DNA of 61,860 nt from Candidatus Thorarchaeota archaeon (GTDB lineage: Archaea; Asgardarchaeota; Thorarchaeia; Thorarchaeales; Thorarchaeaceae): the NCBI GenBank assembly GCA_016839275.1, contig JAEOUM010000117.1, positions 1 to 61,860 of the forward strand. The letters are read 5' to 3'. The number at the start of each line of letters is the position of its first letter. The first letter of the stretch is position 1. This document shows positions 1 through 8,529 of the stretch, piece by piece. The notes under the pieces were generated by a model. That model saw only the letters and a list, made by a program, of their open reading frames with translations. It was not told the DNA's origin and searched no databases. Made by a program: the position numbers and the translations under genes.

Positions 1-110
1 GCTGAAAAACATTCGGAAACTCTCTCCAAAATTAAGCCAATTGGTGCTAATTGGACAAGTACTCTTTACGGGCCAAAAACTTAGCAGAATCAGAAGAAAC
101 CTCTTCATCC

Positions 111-216
111 ACTCGAACCCACGAACTCCTACGAGAGCGGATGTCTTCTCTACATGACCCCTTGTTTTCATGTGATCTTAAGTCCGCCGCCTTTGACCGG
201 GCTTGGCTACTCCCGC
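111..216 (-). tRNA. tRNA-Leu(UAA)-like gene, 5' three-quarters only (acceptor 5' strand through T-loop), with a ~34-nt intron at the canonical 37/38 site. The 3' T-stem and acceptor strand are not present in the window.
   Basis: Reverse complement reads GCGGGAG-TA-GCC-AAGCCCGGTCAAA-GGC-G-GCGGA-CTTAAGA (anticodon UAA). About 34 nt follow (with internal CATGA/TCATG pairing), then TCCGC closes the anticodon stem. Next come a Leu-type long variable arm TCTCGTAGGAGTTC, T-stem GTGGG and T-loop TTCGAGT. The expected CCCAC + CTCCCGC-A-CCA is absent from positions 1-110. Confidence 0.5.
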
Positions 217-301
217 AGAAATATCCGGTTTCTAGGGGCTCATCCGTATTGCAGGAAAGTGACAAAACCACTCTTGAATTCTTTGGCGATGCTTAAAGGA
301 A

Positions 302-411
302 TGGTGGGCCGCGCCGGATTTGAACCAGCGACCTTCGATTCTGATGAGTCAGAAGCTCGATCAGATTCTCGGTGTAAACGAGACATCATAGCCGGGCTAG
401 ACTAGCGGCCC
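302..411 (-). tRNA. tRNA-Val(UAC) with a ~32-nt non-canonical intron between the anticodon stem and the variable loop; CCA is encoded
   Basis: Reverse complement: GGGCCGC-TA-GTCT-AGCCCGGCTA-TGAT-G-TCTCG-TTTACAC-CGAGA-[~32 nt]-AGGTC-GCTGG-TTCAAAT-CCGGC-GCGGCCC-A-CCA. The insert has a 4-bp helix TGAT/ATCA flanked by unpaired triplets and an outer CGA/TCG pairing, which is bulge-helix-bulge-like. Confidence 0.75.
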
Positions 412-448
412 TGAGATGACGCCTTAGATATTCCTAATAAAAAGTTGC

Positions 449-1126
449 TTACGTTCGATACGCTATAAAATGCACTTCTTGACGTGTATTATCTAGATTG
501 ATTTCCCTGATATCTTCAAATCCCATTCCCTGAATAGATTCTATTACTTGTAATACATTATTTGTGTCATTTTGAATTTTAAAAGCCGCAACAAGACGCC
601 CTCCTCTTTTTAGTAGCGGACTGTATATAGATACTAGATGAAGAGTCCCAGTTGGGACTGTTGTAACATCAATCAGAAGGAGGTCGAGGCTACCGGTATC
701 AGCAAACGAACATGGTTCTATCTCAAATGCATCCGCAAATAATATAGAGAGATTCGGATTGGATTCTACGAGAGCCTTCAATTCCTTTGTGAATCTGGTT
801 GATACTTCGATCCCAGTAGCTTGGGCACCTTTATGGCCTAGGTAAGCAAGAAAACCACCAACTGAGCTACCAATATCAAGAGCTTTGCAAGGAACCATGA
901 CGAGGTTTCCGCCAAGAAAGTCATCAATCATCTTGAGCTTAATGAACCCTTTAGGAACATCTGTATGGTTACCTAGTACTTGGATTGATTCATGACCAGT
1001 AACCTGTTTTGATGGTTTGCATGGATATCCATCTACAGTGACATGCCCTTCCTTTATTGCCCGCTTCGCTGCTTGGCGAGAAGAGAATCTTCCACTTTCC
1101 ACCAACCAGATATCAAGCCTTGGCAC
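449..1126 (-). CDS. tlyA: TlyA-family rRNA 2'-O-methyltransferase (S4 RNA-binding domain + FtsJ-like SAM methyltransferase)
   Basis: N-terminal S4-like RLDIWLVESGRFSSRQAAKRAIKEGHVTVDG. SAM-binding ALDIGSSVGGF. A 14-nt overlap with the upstream ORF suggests an operon. Confidence 0.7.
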   Translation of the reverse strand: MPRLDIWLVESGRFSSRQAAKRAIKEGHVTVDGYPCKPSKQVTGHESIQVLGNHTDVPKGFIKLKMIDDFLGGNLVMVPCKALDIGSSVGGFLAYLGHKGAQATGIEVSTRFTKELKALVESNPNLSILFADAFEIEPCSFADTGSLDLLLIDVTTVPTGTLHLVSIYSPLLKRGGRLVAAFKIQNDTNNVLQVIESIQGMGFEDIREINLDNTRQEVHFIAYRT

Positions 1127-1886
1127 TCAATTTCGCCTCAATTTCTTTCGGAATGAATAGATGCATTGGGACTCCTCTTAGCTTGGGACCGATCGCTGCA
1201 ATGATTCCTGATGCCCGGGTACTTCTCTTGCATCTTAACGCAAACTCGAACTTACCCAGCTCTTGAATTTCGTAGATATCATCAATGTGGCCAGTCTTGT
1301 TCAACGCAGTTTCAATCATAGAATAATTAGCGCCAAATACTAGAAGGCGTTCGTGATCATCACGAAGCCATTCATCAAATCTATTCAAGGTGCTCTCTGC
1401 AAATGTGGCTTCGATTTTACCTTCTCTTAAATCCACATTAGTTATTTGTACATCAACAGGGAGATTGTCTACCAGTATTAGTGACTTGGCAATCGTTCTC
1501 AGAGGCTTCTTTAGTTTGAATTGCTCACGAACTTGGTAAAGTGGGAGAAGTGCATCTACATATGTCGTATTGTTTATGGCAGCAATATCAACATAGAAAC
1601 CATACCCAACCTTTCCAACATCGATTAATGACCCTCTGACAGTCGCCCCTTCTTTCACACGGTCAAGAGAAATAGACGATCCGTATTCTTTCGTAAGAAA
1701 ATTAATAGCAAATTCTGTATCTTGTCCCTCAAAACCGAGGACAACATGGCCACGTTTATCAATATCAAAACGCGCCAAATGAACATCAAGCTCCTCTATC
1801 AAATTAGAAACATGGGACTTGACGGTCTCGGCTAGTCTGTTTCTATACTGTGCATAAAGTCTTGTAAATAGAACCACTGTTTTCAA
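1113..1886 (-). CDS. Conserved-looking archaeal hypothetical protein (257 aa); function unknown
   Basis: Long uninterrupted ORF that overlaps the tlyA-like start. A central segment (GATVRGSLIDVGKVGYGFYVDI) looks like an S1/OB-type beta barrel. No catalytic motif recognised. Confidence 0.5.
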   Translation of the reverse strand: MKTVVLFTRLYAQYRNRLAETVKSHVSNLIEELDVHLARFDIDKRGHVVLGFEGQDTEFAINFLTKEYGSSISLDRVKEGATVRGSLIDVGKVGYGFYVDIAAINNTTYVDALLPLYQVREQFKLKKPLRTIAKSLILVDNLPVDVQITNVDLREGKIEATFAESTLNRFDEWLRDDHERLLVFGANYSMIETALNKTGHIDDIYEIQELGKFEFALRCKRSTRASGIIAAIGPKLRGVPMHLFIPKEIEAKLSAKA

Positions 1887-1990
1887 CTGGTAGCCTCTTT
1901 GTTGTATATCGAACGTTATCTATTACTACGATTTTTGTAGAAAAAGGGGCTGGTTTGACACATACACTAGGATGAAGCTTCAAAATCAGC

Positions 1991-2488
1991 CTATAGTTCT
2001 TCAACTCGTTTTCTGAGGAAAGATATCGCCTTGGCATTGTCAATATATTCAAGCTGACCATTACAGGTTGGACACCGAAAAGAGAGATTCATAGCTTCTT
2101 CAAAGGGAACAGGAGAAGAATCACGATTTACACAGGAATACAAATCGTTATTCGATTCATGTTCAAGTCTCTGTTCAAGTAAATTGAGTACCATGCGTTT
2201 CTTTCGGTTTACGAGTGCTTGTGCCTTTTTGGGGTCTATTCGCCAGTAGTAAAGAAACCATCCTGTATTGACATCGCGGATTCTACGATATGATGCAAGG
2301 TGATTATCATGCAGTTTGTAAAGAATTCTTCGAACAATATTCAGTTTAAGATCGGTCTTGGTTGCGATTTCTTCGTCAGTTGTTTCTTCTGCGTTTACTA
2401 AGACTGTGGACACATCAACGCCCTCTTTTCCTGCAATCTCTTCAACAACAAGACGGAAGAGATCATGATTGAAGTTAGCATGTACCAT
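1991..2488 (-). CDS. tfe: Transcription factor E (TFE alpha, TFIIE-alpha homolog)
   Basis: N-terminal winged helix (TDEEIATKTDLKLNIVRRILYKLHDNHLASYRRIRD...GWFLYYWRID). C-terminal zinc ribbon (YSC...FRCPTCNG). Confidence 0.8.
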   Translation of the reverse strand: MVHANFNHDLFRLVVEEIAGKEGVDVSTVLVNAEETTDEEIATKTDLKLNIVRRILYKLHDNHLASYRRIRDVNTGWFLYYWRIDPKKAQALVNRKKRMVLNLLEQRLEHESNNDLYSCVNRDSSPVPFEEAMNLSFRCPTCNGQLEYIDNAKAISFLRKRVEEL

Positions 2489-2667
2489 TTGATGTAATCA
2501 CCCAAACATGTAATAATTGGCTAATAGACTGTACTTTTTTACGTCACGATGAAAATAGCTGCTATTGGAATGTTCTATTAGTATATACTACTGCACTCTA
2601 TATAAGACCTATTCTTGGGAATCAATTAATTCATTTGTCGCTTTGGAGTTTTGTTCATTTCATATTT

Positions 2668-3264
2668 TCAGGTATCAGTATCTCGACGCGACTTTTGAGA
2701 TATTTTTCGTTTAACAACAACTCTGTCACCTAATGTTGGGCCTGTGCCAGTATGACCTGTACTAGTTTTAATTGGAACCGTCCCAAGAGGTTCAAGTAGA
2801 GAGATGTCCAGCTCCCGTTCTAAACCCTTGATTGTCTTTTCAGTGGGCTTTTGGCGGCCAGCCTCAATTGCCTTCAATGTGGATATGCTCTCTCCAACCT
2901 TTTGTGCTAGCTCATCCTGACTTATCCCCTTCTTCTGGCGAGCAGCCAGAATAACCCTTGCATAATCCTCAATTAGTTCCATATCATCAAGACGAACCCC
3001 CATCGATGGACTCTTAGGCTTTGGTCGGGGCTTTGTTCTAGAAACAATGGGTGGTGGTGAAGGTGAGGATGGTTGTCTTTCAGGGACTCCAAGCCAAGAT
3101 GGCTTTTTTCCCAGTCGTGGTGAAACACGCGGTTGAGAAGGCCCGCTAGATTGTTGTCCAAACTTGGATGCACATTGAGGACAAACATTCATTGATGCGC
3201 CTTCGATGACAATATTTCTACCATGACCTTTCATACCTCGGCCACATAATTCACAGCTGGGCAC
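2668..3264 (-). CDS. mbf1: Archaeal multiprotein bridging factor 1 (zinc ribbon + HTH_3)
   Basis: N-terminal CELCG...CPQC zinc ribbon, Pro/Ser-rich linker, and C-terminal cro/C1-type HTH (ARQKKGISQDELAQKVGESISTLKAIEAGRQKPT). Confidence 0.8.
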   Translation of the reverse strand: MPSCELCGRGMKGHGRNIVIEGASMNVCPQCASKFGQQSSGPSQPRVSPRLGKKPSWLGVPERQPSSPSPPPIVSRTKPRPKPKSPSMGVRLDDMELIEDYARVILAARQKKGISQDELAQKVGESISTLKAIEAGRQKPTEKTIKGLERELDISLLEPLGTVPIKTSTGHTGTGPTLGDRVVVKRKISQKSRRDTDT

Positions 3265-3385
3265 TTCAGATTCCCTCGCACATAGATGATTTCCAGTTAA
3301 GGTTGATAAAGATTATCGATAGGACCAACTTCAGCTTTCGTTAAATCGGAATCAAACCCTCAAAGCAAGCCTTAAAACCTCAACA

Positions 3386-4615
3386 GTGAATGTCGTCCTG
3401 AGGTTCGGATTCTTGCCAGGGACTACTGATGCAAAGGACGAGGGTAGTGTCGACGATTCGGCCTACTCACAAAGTTATACAAGGCACTTGGAACGTCGTC
3501 TTCGTGCCTTAGAAACTGAAAAGCAAATCTTGCAGGCAGAACGCAGTCGACTTGAGAAAGAAACCCAGACACTGAGAACTGAGCTTGAAAAACTTAGACA
3601 GTCCCCGTTGATTACAGCATCAATTATTGAAATTCTTGAAGATGGAAGAGCAATTGTAAAGAGCTCAACTGGGCCTAACTTTGTAGTGCATGTTGCATCA
3701 TCGATTCCAGCAGAGAAGTTGCAGCCAGGTGCAATGGTGGCACTCAATCAGAGATCCTTTGCAATTACACAAGAACTTCCTCCATCACGAGACCCAATAA
3801 TTCGTGCAATGGAGATAGAAGAAGCTCCAGATGTTTCCTATTTGGATATTGGCGGTCTCAGAGAACAACTTCAAGAAATTAGAGAAACTGTTGAACTGCC
3901 ACTACTTGAACCTGAGTTGTTCGAAAAAGTTGGCATTGAGCCACCAAAGGGAGTATTGTTAACGGGTTTACCTGGAACAGGTAAGACTCTATGTGCTAGA
4001 GCTGTTGCACACGAAACCAAAGCTACTTTCATTCGTGTCATAGGATCTGAATTGGTTCAGAAATTCATCGGTGAAGGAGCACGACTTGTTCGTGAAATCT
4101 TCATGATGGCAAAGGAAAAGGCACCTGCAATTATTTTTGTAGATGAACTTGATGCAGTAGGATCCCATAGACTTGATATCGCAACGTCAGGAGATAGAGA
4201 AGTACAGAGAACTTTAATGCAACTCCTCAGTGAACTTGATGGGTTTGAAACAAGGGGACAGGTTGCGGTATTGGGAGCGACCAATCGACCGGATATACTT
4301 GACCCAGCACTCTTACGACCTGGTCGGTTCGATAGGATAATCGAGTTTCCGTTACCAGATGAAAGTAGTAGAAGTGAAATATTCAAGATTCATACTCGCG
4401 GCATGAATATCGAGAGTAATGTAGACTTCGATAGACTCCTAACAGTAACAAAAGATAGGACTGGGGCAGACATTAAGAGTATCTGTACTGAAGCTGGTAT
4501 GTTTGCGATTAGAGAGAAAAGGACCAGTGTTACCCAGAAGGACTTCCAAATGGCAATTTCAAAAGTCCAAGAACGTGGTGGGAGTAATAATGCTCCTAGT
4601 AGTATGTACTGCTAA
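3386..4615 (+). CDS. pan: Proteasome-activating nucleotidase (PAN, Rpt-like AAA+ ATPase)
   Basis: Coiled coil (LERRLRALETEKQILQAERSRLEKE). Walker A GLPGTGKT and Walker B IIFVDELD. C-terminal hydrophobic-Tyr-X tail (MYC). GTG start at 3386. Confidence 0.9.
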   Translation: MNVVLRFGFLPGTTDAKDEGSVDDSAYSQSYTRHLERRLRALETEKQILQAERSRLEKETQTLRTELEKLRQSPLITASIIEILEDGRAIVKSSTGPNFVVHVASSIPAEKLQPGAMVALNQRSFAITQELPPSRDPIIRAMEIEEAPDVSYLDIGGLREQLQEIRETVELPLLEPELFEKVGIEPPKGVLLTGLPGTGKTLCARAVAHETKATFIRVIGSELVQKFIGEGARLVREIFMMAKEKAPAIIFVDELDAVGSHRLDIATSGDREVQRTLMQLLSELDGFETRGQVAVLGATNRPDILDPALLRPGRFDRIIEFPLPDESSRSEIFKIHTRGMNIESNVDFDRLLTVTKDRTGADIKSICTEAGMFAIREKRTSVTQKDFQMAISKVQERGGSNNAPSSMYC

Positions 4616-4636
4616 TCACTGATTTCACACGTAATC

Positions 4637-5473
4637 GTGAGGTATATGAGATATAGAGAATTCCTCCGAGCTCATTTGAAGGATATCATACCAGATAATC
4701 TGAGATTGCCTTCAGGATTTCATGTCGTAGGACATGTTGCCCTAGTAAATCTAAATCCCGAATTAATGGAGTATGCTGCGTTTATAGGAAAAGCAACACT
4801 TGATTATGATCATAGATTAAAAACAGTAGCAGCCAGAACTGGACCAACCATGGGGATTGAGCGTAGGCCTGCTTACAAAGTAGTAGCAGGAAGCAGAGAT
4901 ACTGTTACTATGCATATTGAGAACAAAGTTCGTTTCAAGTTTGATCCTATTCGAATGACCTTTTCGGGAGGGAATAAAGGAGAACGAATTAGCATCTCTA
5001 GGCGCATCGATTCAGGAGAATACGTTGTAGACATGTTCTCATGTGTAGGTCAATTTGCACTTCATATTGCAAAAAATAATGATGTGAATGTCGTTGCTAT
5101 TGAAATCAATCCAGAAGCGTATGCATTTCTCGTAGAGAATATTGAGATAAATGAATTGCAAGACAAAGTCACCGCTGTATTAGGAGACTGTAGGGTGGTT
5201 CATCCAACACATGTTGCTAGTCGTGTCATTATGGGATACTTGCATGATACTGAGAAGTTTTTACCATATGCCCTTGAAATATTGGTAAAAGGAGGAGGTA
5301 TAATTCACATGCACAAAGCTGTTTCAGAGAAATCGTTAGAGGACAATATTACATGTATTACAGACATTTGTAGGGAGGAGGGATTTGTGTCAGAAATAGA
5401 AGTGCGAAAGATCAAGAATTACTCACCTGGTGTCAGTCATGTAGTATTCGATATCTCTGTTGAGTCTACCTAA
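4637..5473 (+). CDS. trm5: tRNA (guanine37-N1)-methyltransferase Trm5/Taw22 family
   Basis: Met-10+/Trm5 signatures: VVDMFSCVGQFALHIA (SAM site) and EINPEAY loop. The start may be one of the downstream in-frame Met codons. Confidence 0.75.
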   Translation: MRYMRYREFLRAHLKDIIPDNLRLPSGFHVVGHVALVNLNPELMEYAAFIGKATLDYDHRLKTVAARTGPTMGIERRPAYKVVAGSRDTVTMHIENKVRFKFDPIRMTFSGGNKGERISISRRIDSGEYVVDMFSCVGQFALHIAKNNDVNVVAIEINPEAYAFLVENIEINELQDKVTAVLGDCRVVHPTHVASRVIMGYLHDTEKFLPYALEILVKGGGIIHMHKAVSEKSLEDNITCITDICREEGFVSEIEVRKIKNYSPGVSHVVFDISVEST

Positions 5474-5576
5474 TTTCACAAGCGTAATCATTTTATCTAT
5501 AGAAGAAGGGCAGCATATAGGTAGCTGGATAATGATTATTGTTCTCCTACTCTAATCTTTCAATAGATGTGATGCT

Positions 5577-5972
5577 ATGGGATTTCGAGGAATGTCTCCG
5601 AAACAAATGGAACGAATGATGAGAAAGATGGGTATCGAGCAAAAGGATCTCGATGGCGTTAAAGAAGTAATAATCCGTTTCGCAGACAAAGAATGGGTTA
5701 TTTCAAATCCCCAAGTCACTATGGTAAAACAAGCAAATGCGGAAACATACCAAGTTGCAGGTTCGAAAACAGAACGTATACCTTCTGGAAAACAATCAAC
5801 AGAAACATCCGCAACAGCTGAGAAACCCACTCCTGAGAAAAAGATTGAGATTCCAATTGAGGATGCTGCACTTGTTGCAGGTCAGACTGGTGTTGATATC
5901 GAAACTGCAAGAAAGACGTTGATTGAAACCGAAGGTGATCTTGCAGCCGCGATATTAAAGCTACGTCATTGA
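5577..5972 (+). CDS. nac: Nascent polypeptide-associated complex protein (archaeal NAC alpha)
   Basis: NAC domain (EVIIRFADKEWVISNPQVTMVKQANAETYQV) plus C-terminal UBA-like segment (IEDAALVAGQTGVDIETARKTLIETEGDLAAAILKL). Confidence 0.85.
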   Translation: MGFRGMSPKQMERMMRKMGIEQKDLDGVKEVIIRFADKEWVISNPQVTMVKQANAETYQVAGSKTERIPSGKQSTETSATAEKPTPEKKIEIPIEDAALVAGQTGVDIETARKTLIETEGDLAAAILKLRH

Positions 5973-5996
5973 AATAAATTGACTGTAATAATGGTA

Positions 5997-6019
5997 ATAC
6001 AATTGTGTGGTTATTGTAT
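5997..6019. repeat. AT-rich inverted repeat ATACAAT-N9-ATTGTAT between convergent nac and atpD; possible 3'-end hairpin
   Basis: Read directly. It contains the GTAATACA octamer (5994-6001). Confidence 0.3.
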
Positions 6020-6020
6020 C

Positions 6021-6656
6021 TCATCCCTCTTCGGCAGTAATCCAATCCCGGACCATCTTAAGACGCACAAAGTCTTCTCGTTCACGTTCTTCTAGTGCAA
6101 GTTTTACAAAACGAACTGTCGCATCCAATCTTGGAATAACGACAGTTTCAAGTGCTGAAACACGTCTCTTTGTCCTTTCGATTTCTAATGCTAGACGTTT
6201 TACTGTCGACTCAATCTCAGCAAGACGAACAATCGCTTTAAGTGCGTCCTTAAACTTCTCACCCATTACATCAAATTTTGTACTTGAGTCTGATAGTGAA
6301 TAAGGAAGCTCGGGACTGCGTTGTTCAACAGAGAGGACTGGAACTCTAACACCCATCATCGATCTTGTGGAAATGTTTAGTTCAGCCTCAAATTTGCTTG
6401 CATAAGCGAATTCTATCACTCGAGAAGGACCCATGATCATTTTTGCTTGAGTAAGAGCTGAGAATGCTTCAACTAGCGTCAAATCCACTTTCTCCCTTGC
6501 TTCTTTGATTTCAGCTATAGCATTAAAGAACTCCATTATCAATGAATCACGTTTTTCGCGAAGTAAATCATGACCACGTTCAGCAAGCTTCATACGATTC
6601 TTTAGTGCCAATAGCTCCATGCGTGTAGTTTTTGTACCTGGGAGAATCGCACTCAT
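6021..6656 (-). CDS. atpD: A/V-type ATP synthase subunit D
   Basis: MSAILPGTKTTRMELLALKNRMKLAERGHDLLREKRDSLIMEF matches the subunit D N-terminal coiled coil. ATG at 6654-6656 is preferred over the ORF-track start at 6716. Confidence 0.85.
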   Translation of the reverse strand: MSAILPGTKTTRMELLALKNRMKLAERGHDLLREKRDSLIMEFFNAIAEIKEAREKVDLTLVEAFSALTQAKMIMGPSRVIEFAYASKFEAELNISTRSMMGVRVPVLSVEQRSPELPYSLSDSSTKFDVMGEKFKDALKAIVRLAEIESTVKRLALEIERTKRRVSALETVVIPRLDATVRFVKLALEEREREDFVRLKMVRDWITAEEG

Positions 6657-6690
6657 CTGTGTCACTCCAAAGTCTAGAAATCTAGTTCTT

Positions 6691-7026
6691 CTAGTAAATT
6701 GTAAACACAAGGGCACTAATGATGATTCCGATAGTACAGATAATAAGCCAATCTCTGAGATATTTCTGGGTTAGTTTTGGCTTTTCATTTATCTGACCAG
6801 TAGTTATGAGTGTTACAATAGAGATGAACATGAATGCAAATGGAAGAGATACAGTTGCATTATTCAAACTAACATCAGTGATAAAGATGATTGCCAACAG
6901 ACCTCCGAAAATGAGGAATGATAGAATCATTAGGGAATTCATGATATGCTTAATCCGTTCAACGTCCATCTCAGATCTTACAGCTCCTAACAAGGACTCT
7001 TGACCAATATGCTGGTCAGGGTACAA
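6691..7026 (-). CDS. Small integral membrane protein (about 3 TM helices), unknown function
   Basis: Hydrophobic stretches LMILSFLIFGGLLAIIFI, LPFAFMFISIVTLITT and WLIICTIGIIISALVF. Confidence 0.45.
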   Translation of the reverse strand: MYPDQHIGQESLLGAVRSEMDVERIKHIMNSLMILSFLIFGGLLAIIFITDVSLNNATVSLPFAFMFISIVTLITTGQINEKPKLTQKYLRDWLIICTIGIIISALVFTIY

Positions 7027-7138
7027 ACCTTTTCGTTCTGTTCAAAAAGGTTGCGCATCGTTCAGACTCTGTACTATGAACTGAGTTTTCCAGAGTTTTC
7101 ACCACACATTTTATATCTGAAACTATCTCTTGGAAACT

Positions 7139-7163
7139 GTATTACATGAACTACATGTGATAC
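7139..7163. promoter_or_regulatory. Imperfect inverted repeat GTATTACATG-N5-CATGTGATAC, 30 nt upstream of the 7193 ATPase gene
   Basis: Read directly. One mismatch between arms. It shares the GTATTAC half-site with the dyad family listed below. Confidence 0.4.
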
Positions 7164-7192
7164 GAAGGCTCTAGATACTAGAGGTCCAAACG

Positions 7193-8173
7193 ATGACAAT
7201 TGCCATTCATGAGAGCGCACTAATTCGGCATTTCAATACTCGGAAAGAGGTCTTACGAGCATGGGAGGAGAGGATTGGAGCCAGGTTCTCACCGTTTCGT
7301 GGCTTTAAGATGCCTGATAGTCGTTTATACATAGAAGATAGCAACTTTCTGGATTCTATTGTTGATTTAATTATCACCAATGAAAGACATGTTTTCATTC
7401 GAGGGCCAGTAGGCTCAGGAAAGAGTACATTGATGCTTTTGGCATTAAGAGACCTACCCACACTAGCAGACCGCAGAGGGAACAAATTTGTCACTGGTTA
7501 TGTAGGTATGACTGGACTCTATGAAAAACAAATGGCAGCCGCTATTGCTGATTCTCTCAGAGTCAAGTATAAGCGATCATGGGAATCAAGTCAGATTATT
7601 GATGCTGTTGCTAAAGAGAGTCTCAGAAGGTATATCGAGGAAAAGAGTCGTACAGCTCTGTTCATAGAAGATGTAGCAGACAACCAAGAAGCTGCTTTTC
7701 ATAAACTTCGTTTTCTTGCAGATTTGCCCACTGAAGAAATGATTGATGCTTATGGAAAAACGAGGGCTCTTGATGAACCTATTGTCACCTTAGTGATGTC
7801 TGGAACAACAATTTACTGGAATGCAATGTTATCATTTTTACCACAGATTGCAGACCGAACAGAACCTCTCGATGTGCCTGCTTTAAATAATGCAAAAGCA
7901 AGAGAGTTCATAGGACGTAGAATCGCCTATGCCCAAGGACGCATCGATAGTTTTGATCCAGATAATTTTGATGTCTATCCATTTACTGATGACGCAATCA
8001 ATGTGATTAATACTGCGTCCAAAGGAAATCCACGCGACATCAGGATGCTAGCACGAGGATGTCAGCAAGTTGCTGCTGAGATTCTTCGTAAGAATAATGA
8101 TCCGACAGTGAATAGAGAAATTGCAGAGCTTGTTTCTGAGGCTTATGCAACTATTCTCAAGGAGGTTCAGTGA
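7193..8173 (+). CDS. P-loop NTPase, AAA_22 / ORC-Cdc6 / TniB-ExeA-like
   Basis: Walker A GPVGSGKST, Walker B-like ALFIEDV, and a sensor-like GNPRDIRMLARG near the C-terminus. Confidence 0.65.
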   Translation: MTIAIHESALIRHFNTRKEVLRAWEERIGARFSPFRGFKMPDSRLYIEDSNFLDSIVDLIITNERHVFIRGPVGSGKSTLMLLALRDLPTLADRRGNKFVTGYVGMTGLYEKQMAAAIADSLRVKYKRSWESSQIIDAVAKESLRRYIEEKSRTALFIEDVADNQEAAFHKLRFLADLPTEEMIDAYGKTRALDEPIVTLVMSGTTIYWNAMLSFLPQIADRTEPLDVPALNNAKAREFIGRRIAYAQGRIDSFDPDNFDVYPFTDDAINVINTASKGNPRDIRMLARGCQQVAAEILRKNNDPTVNREIAELVSEAYATILKEVQ

Positions 8174-8174
8174 T

Positions 8175-8483
8175 ATGAGTCTACTTGGAAAATATAGACG
8201 TGAAGAAGCTGAAAAGGACGAAGATAGTCAAACTACAAGATCAGTTCCAAAGGAATCATCAGATAGTCCTATGAAAACTGTTGAGCTTATTTCCGCAGTA
8301 CCAAACAGAGATCGAAAGAGCCCGATTGTATCATTCTCCATCCCTACCGATCTTCGAGCTTGTCTTAAGGCTATACGGAAAACAAAGGCAATCAATCTGA
8401 GTATGTGGGTAGAACAACAGCTTCGTGAGGCTGTTTCACAACAATTCCCCCAGATAGCAGAAGAGTATCTTGAACAATCCTAG
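8175..8483 (+). CDS. Small ribbon-helix-helix-like DNA-binding protein
   Basis: ATG lies 1 nt after the ATPase stop. An acidic disordered N-terminus is followed by IVSFSIPTDLRACLKAIRK...INLSMWVEQQLREAV (beta-alpha-alpha pattern). Confidence 0.5.
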   Translation: MSLLGKYRREEAEKDEDSQTTRSVPKESSDSPMKTVELISAVPNRDRKSPIVSFSIPTDLRACLKAIRKTKAINLSMWVEQQLREAVSQQFPQIAEEYLEQS

Positions 8484-8493
8484 AACAGATTCA

Positions 8494-8513
8494 TTGTAAT
8501 ATTAGTATTACAA
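8494..8513. repeat. Hairpin-capable palindrome TTGTAATA-TTAG-TATTACAA between convergent genes; possible 3'-end structure
   Basis: Perfect 8-bp arms read directly. Located between the stop at 8483 (+) and the stop at 8530 (-). Confidence 0.35.
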
Positions 8514-8529
8514 TATTAGAACTGAGTCA

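Noticed and set aside
1-300. RNase P RNA-like strings on the plus strand (CGCAGAAATATCCGGTTTC resembling the P4 3' strand, GCAGGAAAGTGAC resembling CR-I, GGAAACTC...AAGCCAATTGG resembling the J11/12 region).
   Set aside because: The motif order is wrong for RNase P RNA. The region from 111 to 216 is better explained as the antisense of a tRNA-Leu gene, which accounts for the conserved-looking strings nearby.
47-405. ORF-track entries 47-271(-), 51-296(+) and 154-405(+).
   Set aside because: They overlap each other and lie on or antisense to two tRNA genes. Their translations are low-complexity. I treat them as spurious.
7139-8513. The two palindromes flanking the ATPase-RHH pair as terminal inverted repeats of a mobile element.
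   Set aside because: The two ends are each self-palindromic but are not reverse complements of each other. There are no target-site duplications and no transposase or integrase.
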